DNA from: an uncultured Clostridia bacterium
Lineage (GTDB): Bacteria; Bacillota; Clostridia; Christensenellales; CALVMC01
Reading direction: 5' to 3'
Assembly: GCA_944342015.1 (NCBI GenBank)
Contig: CALVMC010000001.1
Coordinates: forward strand, 249,241 to 313,240
Length of the DNA: 64,000 nucleotides
The translations under genes and the position numbers were made by a program. The notes under the pieces were generated by a model, which made no database searches, was not told the origin of the DNA, and worked only from the letters and a program-made list of their open reading frames with translations. Below, in pieces: positions 47,937 through 58,756 of the stretch (the first letter of the stretch is position 1; the number at the start of each line of letters is the position of its first letter).

Positions 47937-49367
47937 CTATAAAGTTAAAAAATTAATTTTTTTTGTTTTCATTTCTTCGAATCTCTCTATGTATTCTTTA
48001 ATACCTTTAAGCGATGGAAATCTTTCGTGTCTTCCGCCCGAAAAAATTCTTTTGCTTATTCCGCCCGCCCCGCAAGCAACAATATCGCTTAACTCTTCCA
48101 TCATATCGATATTGTAAAGACACGGAAATTTTTTTGCATATCCTGTATTTTCCTGTCCCGCAATACAGTTTTTTTGCCGGTACATATAATATGGAAAATA
48201 TCCGGCATTAAAGAGCAGCGAATAAGAGCAGTTCAAGGACTTTTCAGTTTCTTTTGATTCAAAATCGTAATAGTTATTGTTTTTTAAATCAGAACCGTTT
48301 TTCAATGATAAAGTATGAACAGTAATGTTTTCCGGTTCGAGTTCGATGGTCTTTTTAAGAGAATATTCAAAATCTTCAAACTTTTCGCCGGGCAAAGCGG
48401 CAATCAAATCCATATTTATATTTAAAGAGTATTTTTTTGCAAGTTCGTAAGTTTCCATAAACTGCCCGACGGTGGTTAACCTTCCGATACGCTTCAATGT
48501 TTTGTCGTTAAATGTTTGAGGATTAAGCGAAATCCTGGTAGCAAATTTTGAAATTATATCTAATTTTTCCTTGTCTACGGTATCCGCCCTGCCTGCCTCT
48601 ACGGTAAATTCATCGTAATTTATATCTTTGAAACATTCCAATAAAACAGACAGATTTTTCGCAGACAAAGAAGTGGGAGTTCCTCCTCCGAAATAAATTC
48701 TCTTGATTTTTTTACCCTTGTCCATTATAGTTTTTAAAGAGAAATTTATATCTTCCTTAACTTTTTCGGTATACAAATCCATAAGATTTTTAACATATTT
48801 AAGTTCGGAAGAAGGAAAAGAACAGTACGAACATTTAGAAACACATACGGGTATATTCACATATATATCGATATCGTCATCATTCCTTTTTTTCAAATAC
48901 TTTCTTTGATTGGAAACGGTTTCGGAAATAAGCCGAGCTTTATCGGGAGAAACAAAAAATTGCTTTACCATCATGCTTTCTGCGTCAAAGCCTTCTTCCT
49001 CTAACTGATAAAATAAACCGGTAGGTCTTACTCCCGTTATCGAACCGTATGGAAGATTGACTCCGCAAAGAAGTGACAGATATTTATATAAGTTATTTTT
49101 AAAAAAGCGTTTGGCTTTTCTTTTTATTAAGACTTCTTCGGTTTCCTGCAATAATATGCTGTTTTCGGTATGATAATCTGATTTTTCAGCTTGAATATTA
49201 TTATTTAGTGAATAATTTATAATAATTCGCGCAGTATTTTTATCTAATTTCGTTTTTATATAAAGTTCTTCACTTTCGGAATTTATTTTTATATACGGGT
49301 AAAAAGCCCGAACGATATCGAGCATATCATTTTCAAATTCACTGTCCACCCTGACGCTCAATTCCAA
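47937..49367 (-). CDS. hemZ: Radical SAM coproporphyrinogen-dehydrogenase-like protein (HemZ-type)
   Basis: 476 aa. CxxxCxxC (CVSKCSYC) and GGGTP(T)SL of the HemN/HemZ family. The relA, MBL hydrolase, hemZ order is typical of Clostridia. Confidence 0.8.
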   Translation of the reverse strand: MELSVRVDSEFENDMLDIVRAFYPYIKINSESEELYIKTKLDKNTARIIINYSLNNNIQAEKSDYHTENSILLQETEEVLIKRKAKRFFKNNLYKYLSLLCGVNLPYGSITGVRPTGLFYQLEEEGFDAESMMVKQFFVSPDKARLISETVSNQRKYLKKRNDDDIDIYVNIPVCVSKCSYCSFPSSELKYVKNLMDLYTEKVKEDINFSLKTIMDKGKKIKRIYFGGGTPTSLSAKNLSVLLECFKDINYDEFTVEAGRADTVDKEKLDIISKFATRISLNPQTFNDKTLKRIGRLTTVGQFMETYELAKKYSLNINMDLIAALPGEKFEDFEYSLKKTIELEPENITVHTLSLKNGSDLKNNNYYDFESKETEKSLNCSYSLLFNAGYFPYYMYRQKNCIAGQENTGYAKKFPCLYNIDMMEELSDIVACGAGGISKRIFSGGRHERFPSLKGIKEYIERFEEMKTKKINFLTL

Positions 49368-49491
49368 AATTTCACCTTAATTATTAAAACATTTTAGCCG
49401 ACTTAAAAAAACTAAAATATTTTCAGTTCACTTTACTGAATTTTATATTGTTTTCAAATTATATAACAGATTAACTTTAATGCGTAATATA

Positions 49492-50103
49492 TTAATCGTA
49501 TCTATAATAATTTATAAAATTATACTGTTTTTCGTGCCCTAAATTGCTTTCTTCACCGTGACCGCTTAAAACTTCGAAACGGGAATTAAGATTGAATAAA
49601 ATATCAAAAACCGAACTTTTTAAATCTTCAAAATTTCCGCCGAACAAATCATATCGTCCGAAACTTTCTTTAAAAAGGGTATCGCCCGTAAACAAGAAAT
49701 CACCGAAAATAAAACATACCGAACCCGGAGTATGACCGGGAGTTTCGATTACCCTTAAAACATCTTCTCCAAGATACAATCTTTCAGGCAAATCAACGGT
49801 TTCGAATTTATCGAAATTACCCATTCCCGTATTTTCAGAAGAATTCAATATTTCTTTATCTTTTGCCGACATATAAATTTTTATTCCGTCTCTTTGAAAA
49901 TCGGCACACGCACCTATGTGATCGAAATGCCCGTGTGTCAATACTACAAACTCGACCGTCAAACCCATGTTTTGTATCTCTTTCTTTATAATCTCGTAAT
50001 CGCCCGGCGCATCGACTATAAATGCTTTTTTGCTTTTATCGTTATACACTATGTAACAATTTGCTCCCAATAATCCGAGCGGCAATCTTATGTACTTTAA
50101 CAT
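49492..50103 (-). CDS. MBL-fold metallo-hydrolase
   Basis: 203 aa. HxHxDH motif (THGHFDHIG) and a downstream HTPGS. Confidence 0.85.
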   Translation of the reverse strand: MLKYIRLPLGLLGANCYIVYNDKSKKAFIVDAPGDYEIIKKEIQNMGLTVEFVVLTHGHFDHIGACADFQRDGIKIYMSAKDKEILNSSENTGMGNFDKFETVDLPERLYLGEDVLRVIETPGHTPGSVCFIFGDFLFTGDTLFKESFGRYDLFGGNFEDLKSSVFDILFNLNSRFEVLSGHGEESNLGHEKQYNFINYYRYD

Positions 50104-50142
50104 TTTTCCCCCGTTTAAAGTTTTTTAACTTTGTATTTCACA

Positions 50143-52299
50143 TTAATTGTTCGTTCTTACTACTTCAAAAACACCTTTTATCCCCGACATTTTTTTCAAT
50201 AACTCGTCAAGCTCATCGGTATTTTTTATCTCCACGCTTACAACAATATTAACCTTATTTTCCTTTTCAATTCTCGCATTTACATTTGTTATAGGATGTT
50301 TAAGACTGTTTATTACCGCAGCCACATCTGCAAGTATACCCGATCTGTTTTCTCCGAAAAGTTGAAGAGATACAACAAAGCACCCTTCTTCTCTGTTCGA
50401 CCATTCGGCTTCTATTAACCTTTCAGGCTCAAACGCTTTTACATTCACACAGTCCCTCCTGTGTATGGTAACCCCTCTGCCTCTCGATATATATCCGATA
50501 ATATTATCGCCCGGAACGGGATTACAGCATCTTGAAAGCCTTATCAGAAAATCGTCATAGCCTTTTACCAGAACGCCGCTCGACGAACGCCTTGCTTTAA
50601 TTCCGGATTGTTCGACTTTTTTAGGATTTTTACTTTCGTTTTCTTTCCTGTAAAATTCATATAGTTTTGATACAATCGTAGATGCGTTAAGTTCTCCGTA
50701 TCCTATCGCCGCATATAGGTCGTCTAAATTCGTCATAGAATATCTTTTCAATATGTAATCCAACCAATTTTCCCTCATTAAATCGTTTTGCTTCAAAGAA
50801 CGGTGCTTGAACTCTCTTTCAAGACTCTCCATTCCCCGTTTAATGTTTTCTTCTTTCATTACCTTTTTGAAAAATTGTTTTATTTTGGATTTAGCATTAG
50901 ATGTAACTGCATATTTAAGCCAATCTCTTGACGGACCTTTTTGTGCATTAGAGGTAATTACCTCTACTATATCGCCGGTATTTAATTTGGTGGTGATAGG
51001 TACGATTTTTGAATTGATTTTTATTCCGACGCATTTATTTCCCACTTCACTGTGTACACTGTAAGCAAAATCTATTCCGTTCGAACCTATGGGAAGATTT
51101 ACCACATCGCCTTTCGGAGTAAATACAAAAACTTCGTCATTAAAAAAATCTATTTTAAGAAGGTTTAAGAATTCTTCGGAATCTTCATATTCCTGCTCTA
51201 TACTCATAACCTCCCTTATCCAGTTGAACTTGTTGTCGAGATTGTCAACGGAAGTTTTTCCTTCCTTATACTTCCAGTGAGCGGCAATTCCGTATTCTGC
51301 GACTTTATGCATTTCATAAGTTCTTATTTGAATTTCAAAAGGAGCCGAAAATTCCGAAATAACCGTCGTATGCAAGGACTGATACAAATTAGGTTTAGGC
51401 ATTGCTATATAGTCTTTGAATCTGCCGGGGAGGGGCTTCCATTTGGAATGAACCGCTCCTAAAAGGGCATAACAGTCCTTAATTGTATCTGTAATTATGC
51501 GTACGGCAATCAAGTCGTATATCTGATCAAGCGTTTTGTTCTGCCTTTTCATTTTCTTGAATATTGAATAAATATGTTTAGGCCGTCCGCTTATTTCCCC
51601 TTCGATATTTAATTCCTTTAAAATCAAAGAAATTTCTGCGGTTACTTTTTTTATGAAGTTTTCCCGTTCCTTGCTTTTAAGAGCCAAAGCGGAAGTAATT
51701 TCCTTGTATTCCTGAGGATAAAGAATAGCCATACTTCTGTCTTCAATTTCGCATTTTATGTTCGATATACCAAGTCTTCCCGCTATCGGAGCGTAAATGT
51801 CAAGGGATTCCTGAGCGATAGCAAGCCTTCTATTTTCACTTAAATAAGCGATGGTTCTTAAATTATGAACTCTGTCGGAAAGTTTAATTATAATAACTCG
51901 TATATCGTTAGCCATAGCAAAAAAGAGTTTTTTAAAGTTTTCCGCCTGTTCTTCTTCTTTGCTTTTAAAACTAAGTTTATTGAGTTTGGTAACTCCGTTA
52001 ACGAGAGCCACTACTTCCGATCCGAAAAGGGTTTCTATTTCCTGCGCTGTATGAGGAGTATCTTCAAGCACATCGTGAAGCAAAGCGGCTATTATGGTTT
52101 TGTAATCCATTCCGAGATCCATTAAAATCGACGCTACCGCACAAGGATGAATTATATAATCTTCTCCCGATTGCCTTTTTTGCCCTTCGTGGGCTTTTTT
52201 GGCAAAATCAAGAGCAGCACATATTTTTATATAGTGCTTATTGGATTTATCCTGATACTTTTTATCTACCTTTTCAAGTAATTCTTCTAATTCTTTCAT
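50143..52299 (-). CDS. relA: Bifunctional (p)ppGpp synthetase/hydrolase Rel
   Basis: 718 aa. HD hydrolase domain (HPCAVA, LHDVLEDT), synthetase domain (YQSLHTTV), then TGS and ACT domains. Confidence 0.95.
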   Translation of the reverse strand: MKELEELLEKVDKKYQDKSNKHYIKICAALDFAKKAHEGQKRQSGEDYIIHPCAVASILMDLGMDYKTIIAALLHDVLEDTPHTAQEIETLFGSEVVALVNGVTKLNKLSFKSKEEEQAENFKKLFFAMANDIRVIIIKLSDRVHNLRTIAYLSENRRLAIAQESLDIYAPIAGRLGISNIKCEIEDRSMAILYPQEYKEITSALALKSKERENFIKKVTAEISLILKELNIEGEISGRPKHIYSIFKKMKRQNKTLDQIYDLIAVRIITDTIKDCYALLGAVHSKWKPLPGRFKDYIAMPKPNLYQSLHTTVISEFSAPFEIQIRTYEMHKVAEYGIAAHWKYKEGKTSVDNLDNKFNWIREVMSIEQEYEDSEEFLNLLKIDFFNDEVFVFTPKGDVVNLPIGSNGIDFAYSVHSEVGNKCVGIKINSKIVPITTKLNTGDIVEVITSNAQKGPSRDWLKYAVTSNAKSKIKQFFKKVMKEENIKRGMESLEREFKHRSLKQNDLMRENWLDYILKRYSMTNLDDLYAAIGYGELNASTIVSKLYEFYRKENESKNPKKVEQSGIKARRSSSGVLVKGYDDFLIRLSRCCNPVPGDNIIGYISRGRGVTIHRRDCVNVKAFEPERLIEAEWSNREEGCFVVSLQLFGENRSGILADVAAVINSLKHPITNVNARIEKENKVNIVVSVEIKNTDELDELLKKMSGIKGVFEVVRTNN

Positions 52300-52380
52300 A
52301 TCTTTTCCGTAATAATAAAGTTTTAAATTTATTAATACTATTGTATACTGACTGATTGATTTATTAGCTTTTAATTATTA

Positions 52381-54765
52381 TTAGTTATTCGTTTTTTTAA
52401 AATACTTATATATCTCTGAATTTTCTATGGGATTTTTTTTCTCAACAACGATATATTTTCCTTCACTGTCTTTTTGCAACACCCCTAACTCTTCAAGAAT
52501 GTATAGAGAAATCATATTTTTATAGAACAAGTCTTCCTCTTTTTCCGATAAACTTATCGCAAGTTGCAATATCGAGTTATATTTACCCCCGTACGATACA
52601 GTAAGTTCTTTAACGGATTTATATATTTTACCTACATCTTCATAACTTATTTCAATGTTCTCGTTGTTTTCACTCATACCGAAATCAATTATCTTTGCCT
52701 TTCCGTTAATGTTCATATTTTTAATTATCGCATCATTTAACGGAGATTCCAAAAATATTATTTCGTTAAATTCAGATAAATCTACAAACGGATCGGCAGC
52801 ATAAAGTATAAGGTTTGAACTTACCTTGTAAAAATTAAAAATGTCCGTTTCTATAATATTAACACAATCCGAGCATACATTCAAGAGCGAATTTAATTTT
52901 TTATAATTTTCGGGATTATAAGTTATAAATACTCTACCTTTCACTGAATGTTTTTTAAAATGATTTATGTAATCGGAGAGACTTTCAGCTTTCATTTTTT
53001 CTATTTTCGAACAAGAATTTAAAAATTTATTATTATCTTTGCCGCCGTCCGTTAACTTACTTTTCCCGCCAAAATATTCCAAAGCGGAATTAATATACTG
53101 AGCCCTGTATGTAATATTACCCAACAAACCGGGCATATTTTCTGAATACTCACAGCAATAATCTGTAATAGAAAAATTAGGTATTATTTTATTGTTGAAT
53201 TCGTTCAAAGTTAAATTGCCGAAAATATTGATTTCAGAAGAGTACTTGGATTTTAGCATTAAGGAAATATTGCTAAATCCTACAACTTCAAAATTTTTAA
53301 ACATTGATTTTATATGCGATGTTTTTCCTATCTGCAAAAAATTATAATCAGAATTTTTAAGCATTAATAAAGGTTTTTCGTTTTCTGCGCCGCAAGGCTC
53401 TAAACTTTCTAATGCTTTTACCAGATTAAGGTTAATATTTTCAGGCAAAACAAAGGCTTCGTATTCGATTACGGGAATAAATAATTTTTCAGGATATTCA
53501 GATATCGATTGAATGGCTTTTTCTTTAAATTCTTCGAAAAATTCTTTTTTCATAGTTATTCCCGCTGCGCTTTCGTGTCCGCCGAAAGAAATAAAGCAAT
53601 TTGTAAATTCTTCGAGAAATTTATGTATGTTAAGTCCTTTTACGCTTCTTACCGAACCTTTAAGTTTACCTTCTTTTTCCGAAAAAAGAATAACGGGTTT
53701 AAAATATTCATCGCATAATCTTGCAGCCGCTATTCCTAAAACCCCCGGATCCCAATTCTTGTCCGATAAAATAATAATATTTTCATTGTTCCCGATCTCT
53801 TTTAATTTAAGCTTCGCTTCTTTATATGTCTTATCGCACAGACTCTGCCTTTTTGAATTTAATTCATTCAGCTCGTCAATAAGACAAGATAAAATAAAAT
53901 AATCGTCGCAAGTAAATAGTTCCACGGTTTTTGACGCATCCGCAAGTCTTCCGGCTGCATTAATTCGAGGAACTATTTTAAATGCTATATCCGCAGATGA
54001 AAAATTCTTTTTCAGATTAAGTTTGTCGTAAAAAATTTTATAAACGGCTTTCTCTCGTTTATTTATAATATCAAGTCCGCATCGTACTATGTTTCTGTTT
54101 TCGCCCTTTAAAGGCACAATATCTCCTATTGTGGCAATAGCGGCAATATCGGCAAACTTTTCAGAATATTCCTTTCCTTCCAATGCTTCTATTAATTTTA
54201 AAACCACACCGGCACCGCAATATTCACAGAATAATCCCTTATTTCTATCCGTCTTGGGATTAAATATCAAGGTGTCCGGTAATTTTTCAGGCGGCTCATG
54301 GTGGTCTGTTATGATAATGTCGATACCTTCTTTTTTACATTCTTCAACCTGAGCGGTTGCGCTTATACCGCAATCTACCGTTATAATTAAAGAAGGATTT
54401 ATTTCCTTTTTTATTTTTTTAATTCTTTCTGTATTTAGTCCGTACCCTTCGCTCCTTAAAGGAATAAAATATGAACACGAAATCTGTTTTTCTATAAAAT
54501 AATTATATAGTATAGAAACCGCACAAACTCCGTCACAGTCATAGTCACCATATATTAAAACACTGCCTTTTTCGGAAATAACTTGATTTATCTTATCACA
54601 AATAGCTTTTACATTACTGAACTCAAAAGGATTTTGAGTATCCGAAAAATCGGATCTAATAAATTCTTTGATACTTTCCTCGTTAAATCCCCTGTTTTTT
54701 AATATTAATGTTAAAGCATTTGTATCGTTTAAAGATAATTTATTTTTACTTCTGTCGTATATCAT
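52381..54765 (-). CDS. recJ: Single-stranded-DNA-specific exonuclease RecJ (long form)
   Basis: 794 aa. DHH motifs (GDYDCDGV, ITVDCG, ITDHH) and DHHA1 (GGHESAAG), plus a C-terminal extension. Confidence 0.92.
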   Translation of the reverse strand: MIYDRSKNKLSLNDTNALTLILKNRGFNEESIKEFIRSDFSDTQNPFEFSNVKAICDKINQVISEKGSVLIYGDYDCDGVCAVSILYNYFIEKQISCSYFIPLRSEGYGLNTERIKKIKKEINPSLIITVDCGISATAQVEECKKEGIDIIITDHHEPPEKLPDTLIFNPKTDRNKGLFCEYCGAGVVLKLIEALEGKEYSEKFADIAAIATIGDIVPLKGENRNIVRCGLDIINKREKAVYKIFYDKLNLKKNFSSADIAFKIVPRINAAGRLADASKTVELFTCDDYFILSCLIDELNELNSKRQSLCDKTYKEAKLKLKEIGNNENIIILSDKNWDPGVLGIAAARLCDEYFKPVILFSEKEGKLKGSVRSVKGLNIHKFLEEFTNCFISFGGHESAAGITMKKEFFEEFKEKAIQSISEYPEKLFIPVIEYEAFVLPENINLNLVKALESLEPCGAENEKPLLMLKNSDYNFLQIGKTSHIKSMFKNFEVVGFSNISLMLKSKYSSEINIFGNLTLNEFNNKIIPNFSITDYCCEYSENMPGLLGNITYRAQYINSALEYFGGKSKLTDGGKDNNKFLNSCSKIEKMKAESLSDYINHFKKHSVKGRVFITYNPENYKKLNSLLNVCSDCVNIIETDIFNFYKVSSNLILYAADPFVDLSEFNEIIFLESPLNDAIIKNMNINGKAKIIDFGMSENNENIEISYEDVGKIYKSVKELTVSYGGKYNSILQLAISLSEKEEDLFYKNMISLYILEELGVLQKDSEGKYIVVEKKNPIENSEIYKYFKKTNN

Positions 54766-54782
54766 AATTTTTCCGTATTAGT

Positions 54783-54812
54783 AAAAAACCTTGCCAAGCA
54801 AGGTTTTTTTTT
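54783..54812 (-). terminator. Rho-independent terminator after secF
   Basis: AACCTTG-CCAAG-CAAGGTT flanked by A6 on one side and T9 on the other. 7 nt after the secF stop. Confidence 0.75.
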
Positions 54813-54818
54813 ATTTAT

Positions 54819-55910
54819 TTAAGCGCTTGCGGTCTCCTTTTTGTCTTTTTTATCCGCAATTTTTTTACCGCTCTTCCCTTTGAACTTTTTGTTTCTGCTT
54901 TTGTCATAAGCATTCTTCATATAGGCATAAAGAGACGGTGCAAGAAGTACAGAAGAATAAGTTCCGGCAAATAATCCGAACAGTATCGGAATAATAAATT
55001 CCTGAATAGACGATACTCCGAATATCGCCAAAGCTATTACAGCAATAAGCGTAGTAATCGTAGTATTCATAGTTCTCGAAAGAGTTTCTTTTACTGATTT
55101 ATCTACAACATCGAAAAGTTTTACCTGTTCGCCAATATTCTTAATTTTATTTTCCTTCACATTTTCCCTTACTCTGTCGAAAACTATAATTGTATTATTT
55201 ATGGAATAACCTACGATAGTTACGACTGCCGCAATTATTGTAGTGTTGACCTGTATGTGGAATATTATAGTAAGAGCCAGTATTATTATAACATCGTGCA
55301 ACAAAGCGATTACGGCCGCAAGTCCGCTCCAAATTTCAAATCTTATAACTATATATATAAGCATTATTAAGCACGCAACGCCTACGGCAAGAAAGGCCTG
55401 ATTAATTAAAGTCTGACTTGCAGTTGCGCCGATAAACTGACTGTAAATAAAATTCTCGTTAGTTTCGCTTTCATTAGGATAAGCAGCTTTAATTTCGGCA
55501 ATAATTTCGTCATTGACTGCTTTTGCCTCTTCCGTATCGGCAGATTTATATCTGAACATTATACCCGAAATTCCGTCTTCGGAAGTCTTTTGAACATAAC
55601 CTACACGAAGTCCTTTACTTTCAATAATATCGCTGACAGTTTTAACGCAACCGTCATAATCGTTGTCTGCAAGTTCTGCAAACTGCACGCTGACCGAAGA
55701 ACCGCCGGTAAAATCAAGACCGATATTCATTCCTTCCGAAACATCTTGCGCAATGCCGGCAAAAGAAGCAAATACTATTATTGCAAGTAAAAAAACTATA
55801 CACGGAGCAATAATCCAATGTTTGAAATTTTTTACTATGTTGATATTTTTTAAATTCTTAAGCGACAGGGTTGGTTTGTTTTTCATCGTCTGAACTTTCT
55901 CTTCTTTCAT
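54819..55910 (-). CDS. secF: Protein translocase subunit SecF
   Basis: ATG at 55910 (MKEEKVQ) is preceded by GGGGGAAGG. It overlaps the secD 3' end by about 53 nt. Six-TM SecF core and a K-rich C-terminal tail. Confidence 0.9.
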   Translation of the reverse strand: MKEEKVQTMKNKPTLSLKNLKNINIVKNFKHWIIAPCIVFLLAIIVFASFAGIAQDVSEGMNIGLDFTGGSSVSVQFAELADNDYDGCVKTVSDIIESKGLRVGYVQKTSEDGISGIMFRYKSADTEEAKAVNDEIIAEIKAAYPNESETNENFIYSQFIGATASQTLINQAFLAVGVACLIMLIYIVIRFEIWSGLAAVIALLHDVIIILALTIIFHIQVNTTIIAAVVTIVGYSINNTIIVFDRVRENVKENKIKNIGEQVKLFDVVDKSVKETLSRTMNTTITTLIAVIALAIFGVSSIQEFIIPILFGLFAGTYSSVLLAPSLYAYMKNAYDKSRNKKFKGKSGKKIADKKDKKETASA

Positions 55911-57180
55911 TTTCAGCCTTCCCCCTTTTAAGATTATATAATTTCGGATTCCTATCGTTAATGGCAAGGAAACATTCAAGAATAATTCTGGTCACTACAA
56001 GCGAAGTAAATAACGATAAAATTATACCGATAAGAAGGGTAATAGCGAACCCTTTTACCGTAGAAGGTCCAAGCCACCAAAGAACAATGGAACTTAAAAT
56101 CGTAGTAATATTCGAGTCTATAATAGCAGAATATGATTTTTTAAAACCTACGCTTACAGCATACTTTATAGATTTACCGGTTTTATACTCGTCTTTGATT
56201 CTTTCGAATATAATTATGTTAGCGTCGATTGCCATACCTATACTTAAAATAATGCCTGCTATTCCGGGAAGCGTGAGCTGTACCCATGGAAATACCGATA
56301 AGAAAAACAGAAAAGTTACTATATAATAAACAAGAGCAAGATTTGCGGCAAGACCTAACATTCTGTATATTACGGCCATGAAAATAAATATAAGAATTAC
56401 GCCTACCAAACCGGCAATAAGACTTCCTTTTATTGCCGTGCTTCCCAATGTAGCATTAACTATTTTACTTTCTATAAGTTCGAGATCCAAATCAAAAGAT
56501 CCTGCAAGCAGTTGCACGGAAAGATCGTAAGCCTGATCATAAGTGTAATTTCCTTCTATTGTAGCTTTACCGTTTGAAATTACCGAATTAACGGTAGGCT
56601 CCATTAAAAGTTCGCCGTTAACATATATACCCATTGTTTTTCCGTTAAGCTTTTCGGTTGCTGCGGCAAAATCTTCCGTCCCCTGAGCGTCGAACTCGAT
56701 AGCGATTACAATCTGTTGATTTTCGTTTCTTGCAACATAAGCATTAGAAAGGTTTTTGCCCGAAACAAGAACTTCCGAGTCTTCGCTTTCCTTGAACTCC
56801 AATGTCGCAGGTCTTCCTATCAAATCAAAAACCGTATCGGAATCCTCTACATCAGGTACTTCGACAGTTATTCTGTTATTGGAAGTTGAGACAATAGCTT
56901 CTGTAAAACCTTTGCTGAACAAAAGACTTTCAAGACTTAAAGCCGTTCCTTCAAGGCTCTGTTTGAATTCGCTGTCGGACTGATCCTCGGGTTTTTCAGC
57001 CTCGAATACGGCATAGACGCCGCCTTTAAGATCCAACCCCATACTTATAGCTTTGGCATAAGCTATATAATCGTATCTGCCGAGACCTCCGCCCTCTATT
57101 GAAACACAGGAAAAAACTATGGCTAAGATTACCAAAACAGCAAATATAGACAAGATGACAATAGATTTTCTTTTGGTCAC
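55858..57180 (-). CDS. secD: Protein translocase subunit SecD
   Basis: 440 aa. N-terminal TM segment, periplasmic-type P1 domain (LGLDLKGG), C-terminal 5-TM bundle. Confidence 0.93.
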   Translation of the reverse strand: MTKRKSIVILSIFAVLVILAIVFSCVSIEGGGLGRYDYIAYAKAISMGLDLKGGVYAVFEAEKPEDQSDSEFKQSLEGTALSLESLLFSKGFTEAIVSTSNNRITVEVPDVEDSDTVFDLIGRPATLEFKESEDSEVLVSGKNLSNAYVARNENQQIVIAIEFDAQGTEDFAAATEKLNGKTMGIYVNGELLMEPTVNSVISNGKATIEGNYTYDQAYDLSVQLLAGSFDLDLELIESKIVNATLGSTAIKGSLIAGLVGVILIFIFMAVIYRMLGLAANLALVYYIVTFLFFLSVFPWVQLTLPGIAGIILSIGMAIDANIIIFERIKDEYKTGKSIKYAVSVGFKKSYSAIIDSNITTILSSIVLWWLGPSTVKGFAITLLIGIILSLFTSLVVTRIILECFLAINDRNPKLYNLKRGKAENERRESSDDEKQTNPVA

Positions 57181-57395
57181 TTATATTTGCCTCCTTAATT
57201 ACTAAATAAATGTAGTCAGTTTAAATAATTATATAATTATTATCGAATATAGTCAATTAATTAAACCTATAAAAGAAAAATTTTAAAAATTAAATTAATA
57301 AACCGTTAAGAAAAAATTTCAATAATTTAATATATTATCTAAATTGAATTTATCGGAATATCCTCTTAACAGATTAAGTTTTAAAATCAAATAAA

Positions 57396-58751
57396 TTATA
57401 AATTATTTTCTATTGCGTATATGGCAAGCGATAATTCAAGACGCTTTTTCATCATCTCGCAAGCTGTTTCGTATGGCTTGTACAAATCCTTGTTAAAGTG
57501 ATATGCGTTTGCAGAACAACCGCCGCTGCAATAATATTTAGCAAAACAGTTTTTGCAAGTCTCTTTACAAAGAACGGTAATGTTTGCGAATTTTTTCTGA
57601 ATATCGGTATTGAATTGTTTAGTAAGAACATTTCCCATATAAAAATCTTTATCGCCTGCAAACTGATGACAAGGATAAATTTCTCCCGTTGGAGTTACGG
57701 CGATATATTCGCTTCCTGCACCGCAGCCGGTAAGACGCTTTTTAAGACAAGGTCCGCCTTTAAGGTCAATCATAAAATGAAAAAAGTTAAACCATTTTTC
57801 GCCTTTTCTTCTTTCAATATACTCTTGTGCAAGTTTTTCGTATTCTTTTAGTATTTTCGGTAAATCATCTTTTTTTATAGCAAGAGCGTTGTTTTCGTCA
57901 AGCACGACAGGCTCCATGGAAATCTGGTCGAAACCGACATCGGATAAAAATTTAACATCTTCGGTAAAATCGGTATTAAGAGCCGTAAATGTGCCCCTTA
58001 CATAATATTTTTTATTTCCTCTTATTTTACGGAAATTTATAGCGTTATTTAATATTAAATCAAAAGCGTCTTTACCGTTTGCCGTCTTTCTTACTCTGTT
58101 ATGAACTTCCTTTCTTCCGTCGATTGAGAGTATGACATTTTCCATTTCGTTATTAAGATAACGGGCATTTTCCTCGTTTAAATTAAGGCAATTCGTAGTT
58201 AAGGTAAAATTTATTTCCTTTCCTGCATTTTTACATTTTTCTTTGGCGTATTCCGTAATTTTTTTTACCGTATCGAAATTAAGAAGAGGTTCGCCCCCGA
58301 AATAGTCGGCTTCGAGATGTTTTCTTTTACCGCTTTTTTCTATAAGAAAATCAATCGCAGCCTTTCCGACTTCGAAGGTCATATAATCTTTCGGAGTATT
58401 ATAAGTTCCGTCTTTTGCAAAACAATAAGCGCAGCGCATATTGCAATCATGACAGATATGTAAGCATAAGGCTTTTATTTCTCCGCCGCTTTTTGTGGGA
58501 AGTATATTTTCCGAAACAGGACAATTCAATACCCCTTGACTTTCGAGAATTTCAAATTCTTCTTCGATTTCTTTCTTTTCCGAAACGGGTATTTTGTCAA
58601 ACTCGGCTTTTTCCTTATCAGAAATGTTTCCGTATCTGTTTAAAGCGCATAAATAAGCAAAGCAGTCTACAGAATGTAAACTGCCGCTTTCAATGTCCCA
58701 GATAAAATATCGGGTGTTTCCTTCGTAACTGAATTTAAAACAATGAACCAT
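57396..58751 (-). CDS. scfB: Radical SAM/SPASM thioether-forming SCIFF peptide maturase (ScfB-type)
   Basis: 451 aa. CxxxCxxC (CNMRCAYC). C-terminal SPASM cysteines (CGAGSEY...YPCHQF, CKNCFAKYYCSGGC). Located 5 nt downstream of a SCIFF precursor ORF. Confidence 0.9.
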   Translation of the reverse strand: MVHCFKFSYEGNTRYFIWDIESGSLHSVDCFAYLCALNRYGNISDKEKAEFDKIPVSEKKEIEEEFEILESQGVLNCPVSENILPTKSGGEIKALCLHICHDCNMRCAYCFAKDGTYNTPKDYMTFEVGKAAIDFLIEKSGKRKHLEADYFGGEPLLNFDTVKKITEYAKEKCKNAGKEINFTLTTNCLNLNEENARYLNNEMENVILSIDGRKEVHNRVRKTANGKDAFDLILNNAINFRKIRGNKKYYVRGTFTALNTDFTEDVKFLSDVGFDQISMEPVVLDENNALAIKKDDLPKILKEYEKLAQEYIERRKGEKWFNFFHFMIDLKGGPCLKKRLTGCGAGSEYIAVTPTGEIYPCHQFAGDKDFYMGNVLTKQFNTDIQKKFANITVLCKETCKNCFAKYYCSGGCSANAYHFNKDLYKPYETACEMMKKRLELSLAIYAIENNL

Positions 58752-58756
58752 AAAAA

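Noticed and set aside
55871-56326. Long plus-strand ORFs antisense to minus-strand genes. This 151-aa ORF is one example. Others are 17044-17433, 53513-53902, 27397-27786, 63045-63410, 57498-57851, 25196-25540 and 23433-23771.
   Set aside because: All are embedded opposite confidently identified conserved genes. All have S/L/F/I-rich low-complexity translations typical of antisense frames in AT-rich genomes. None has an RBS.
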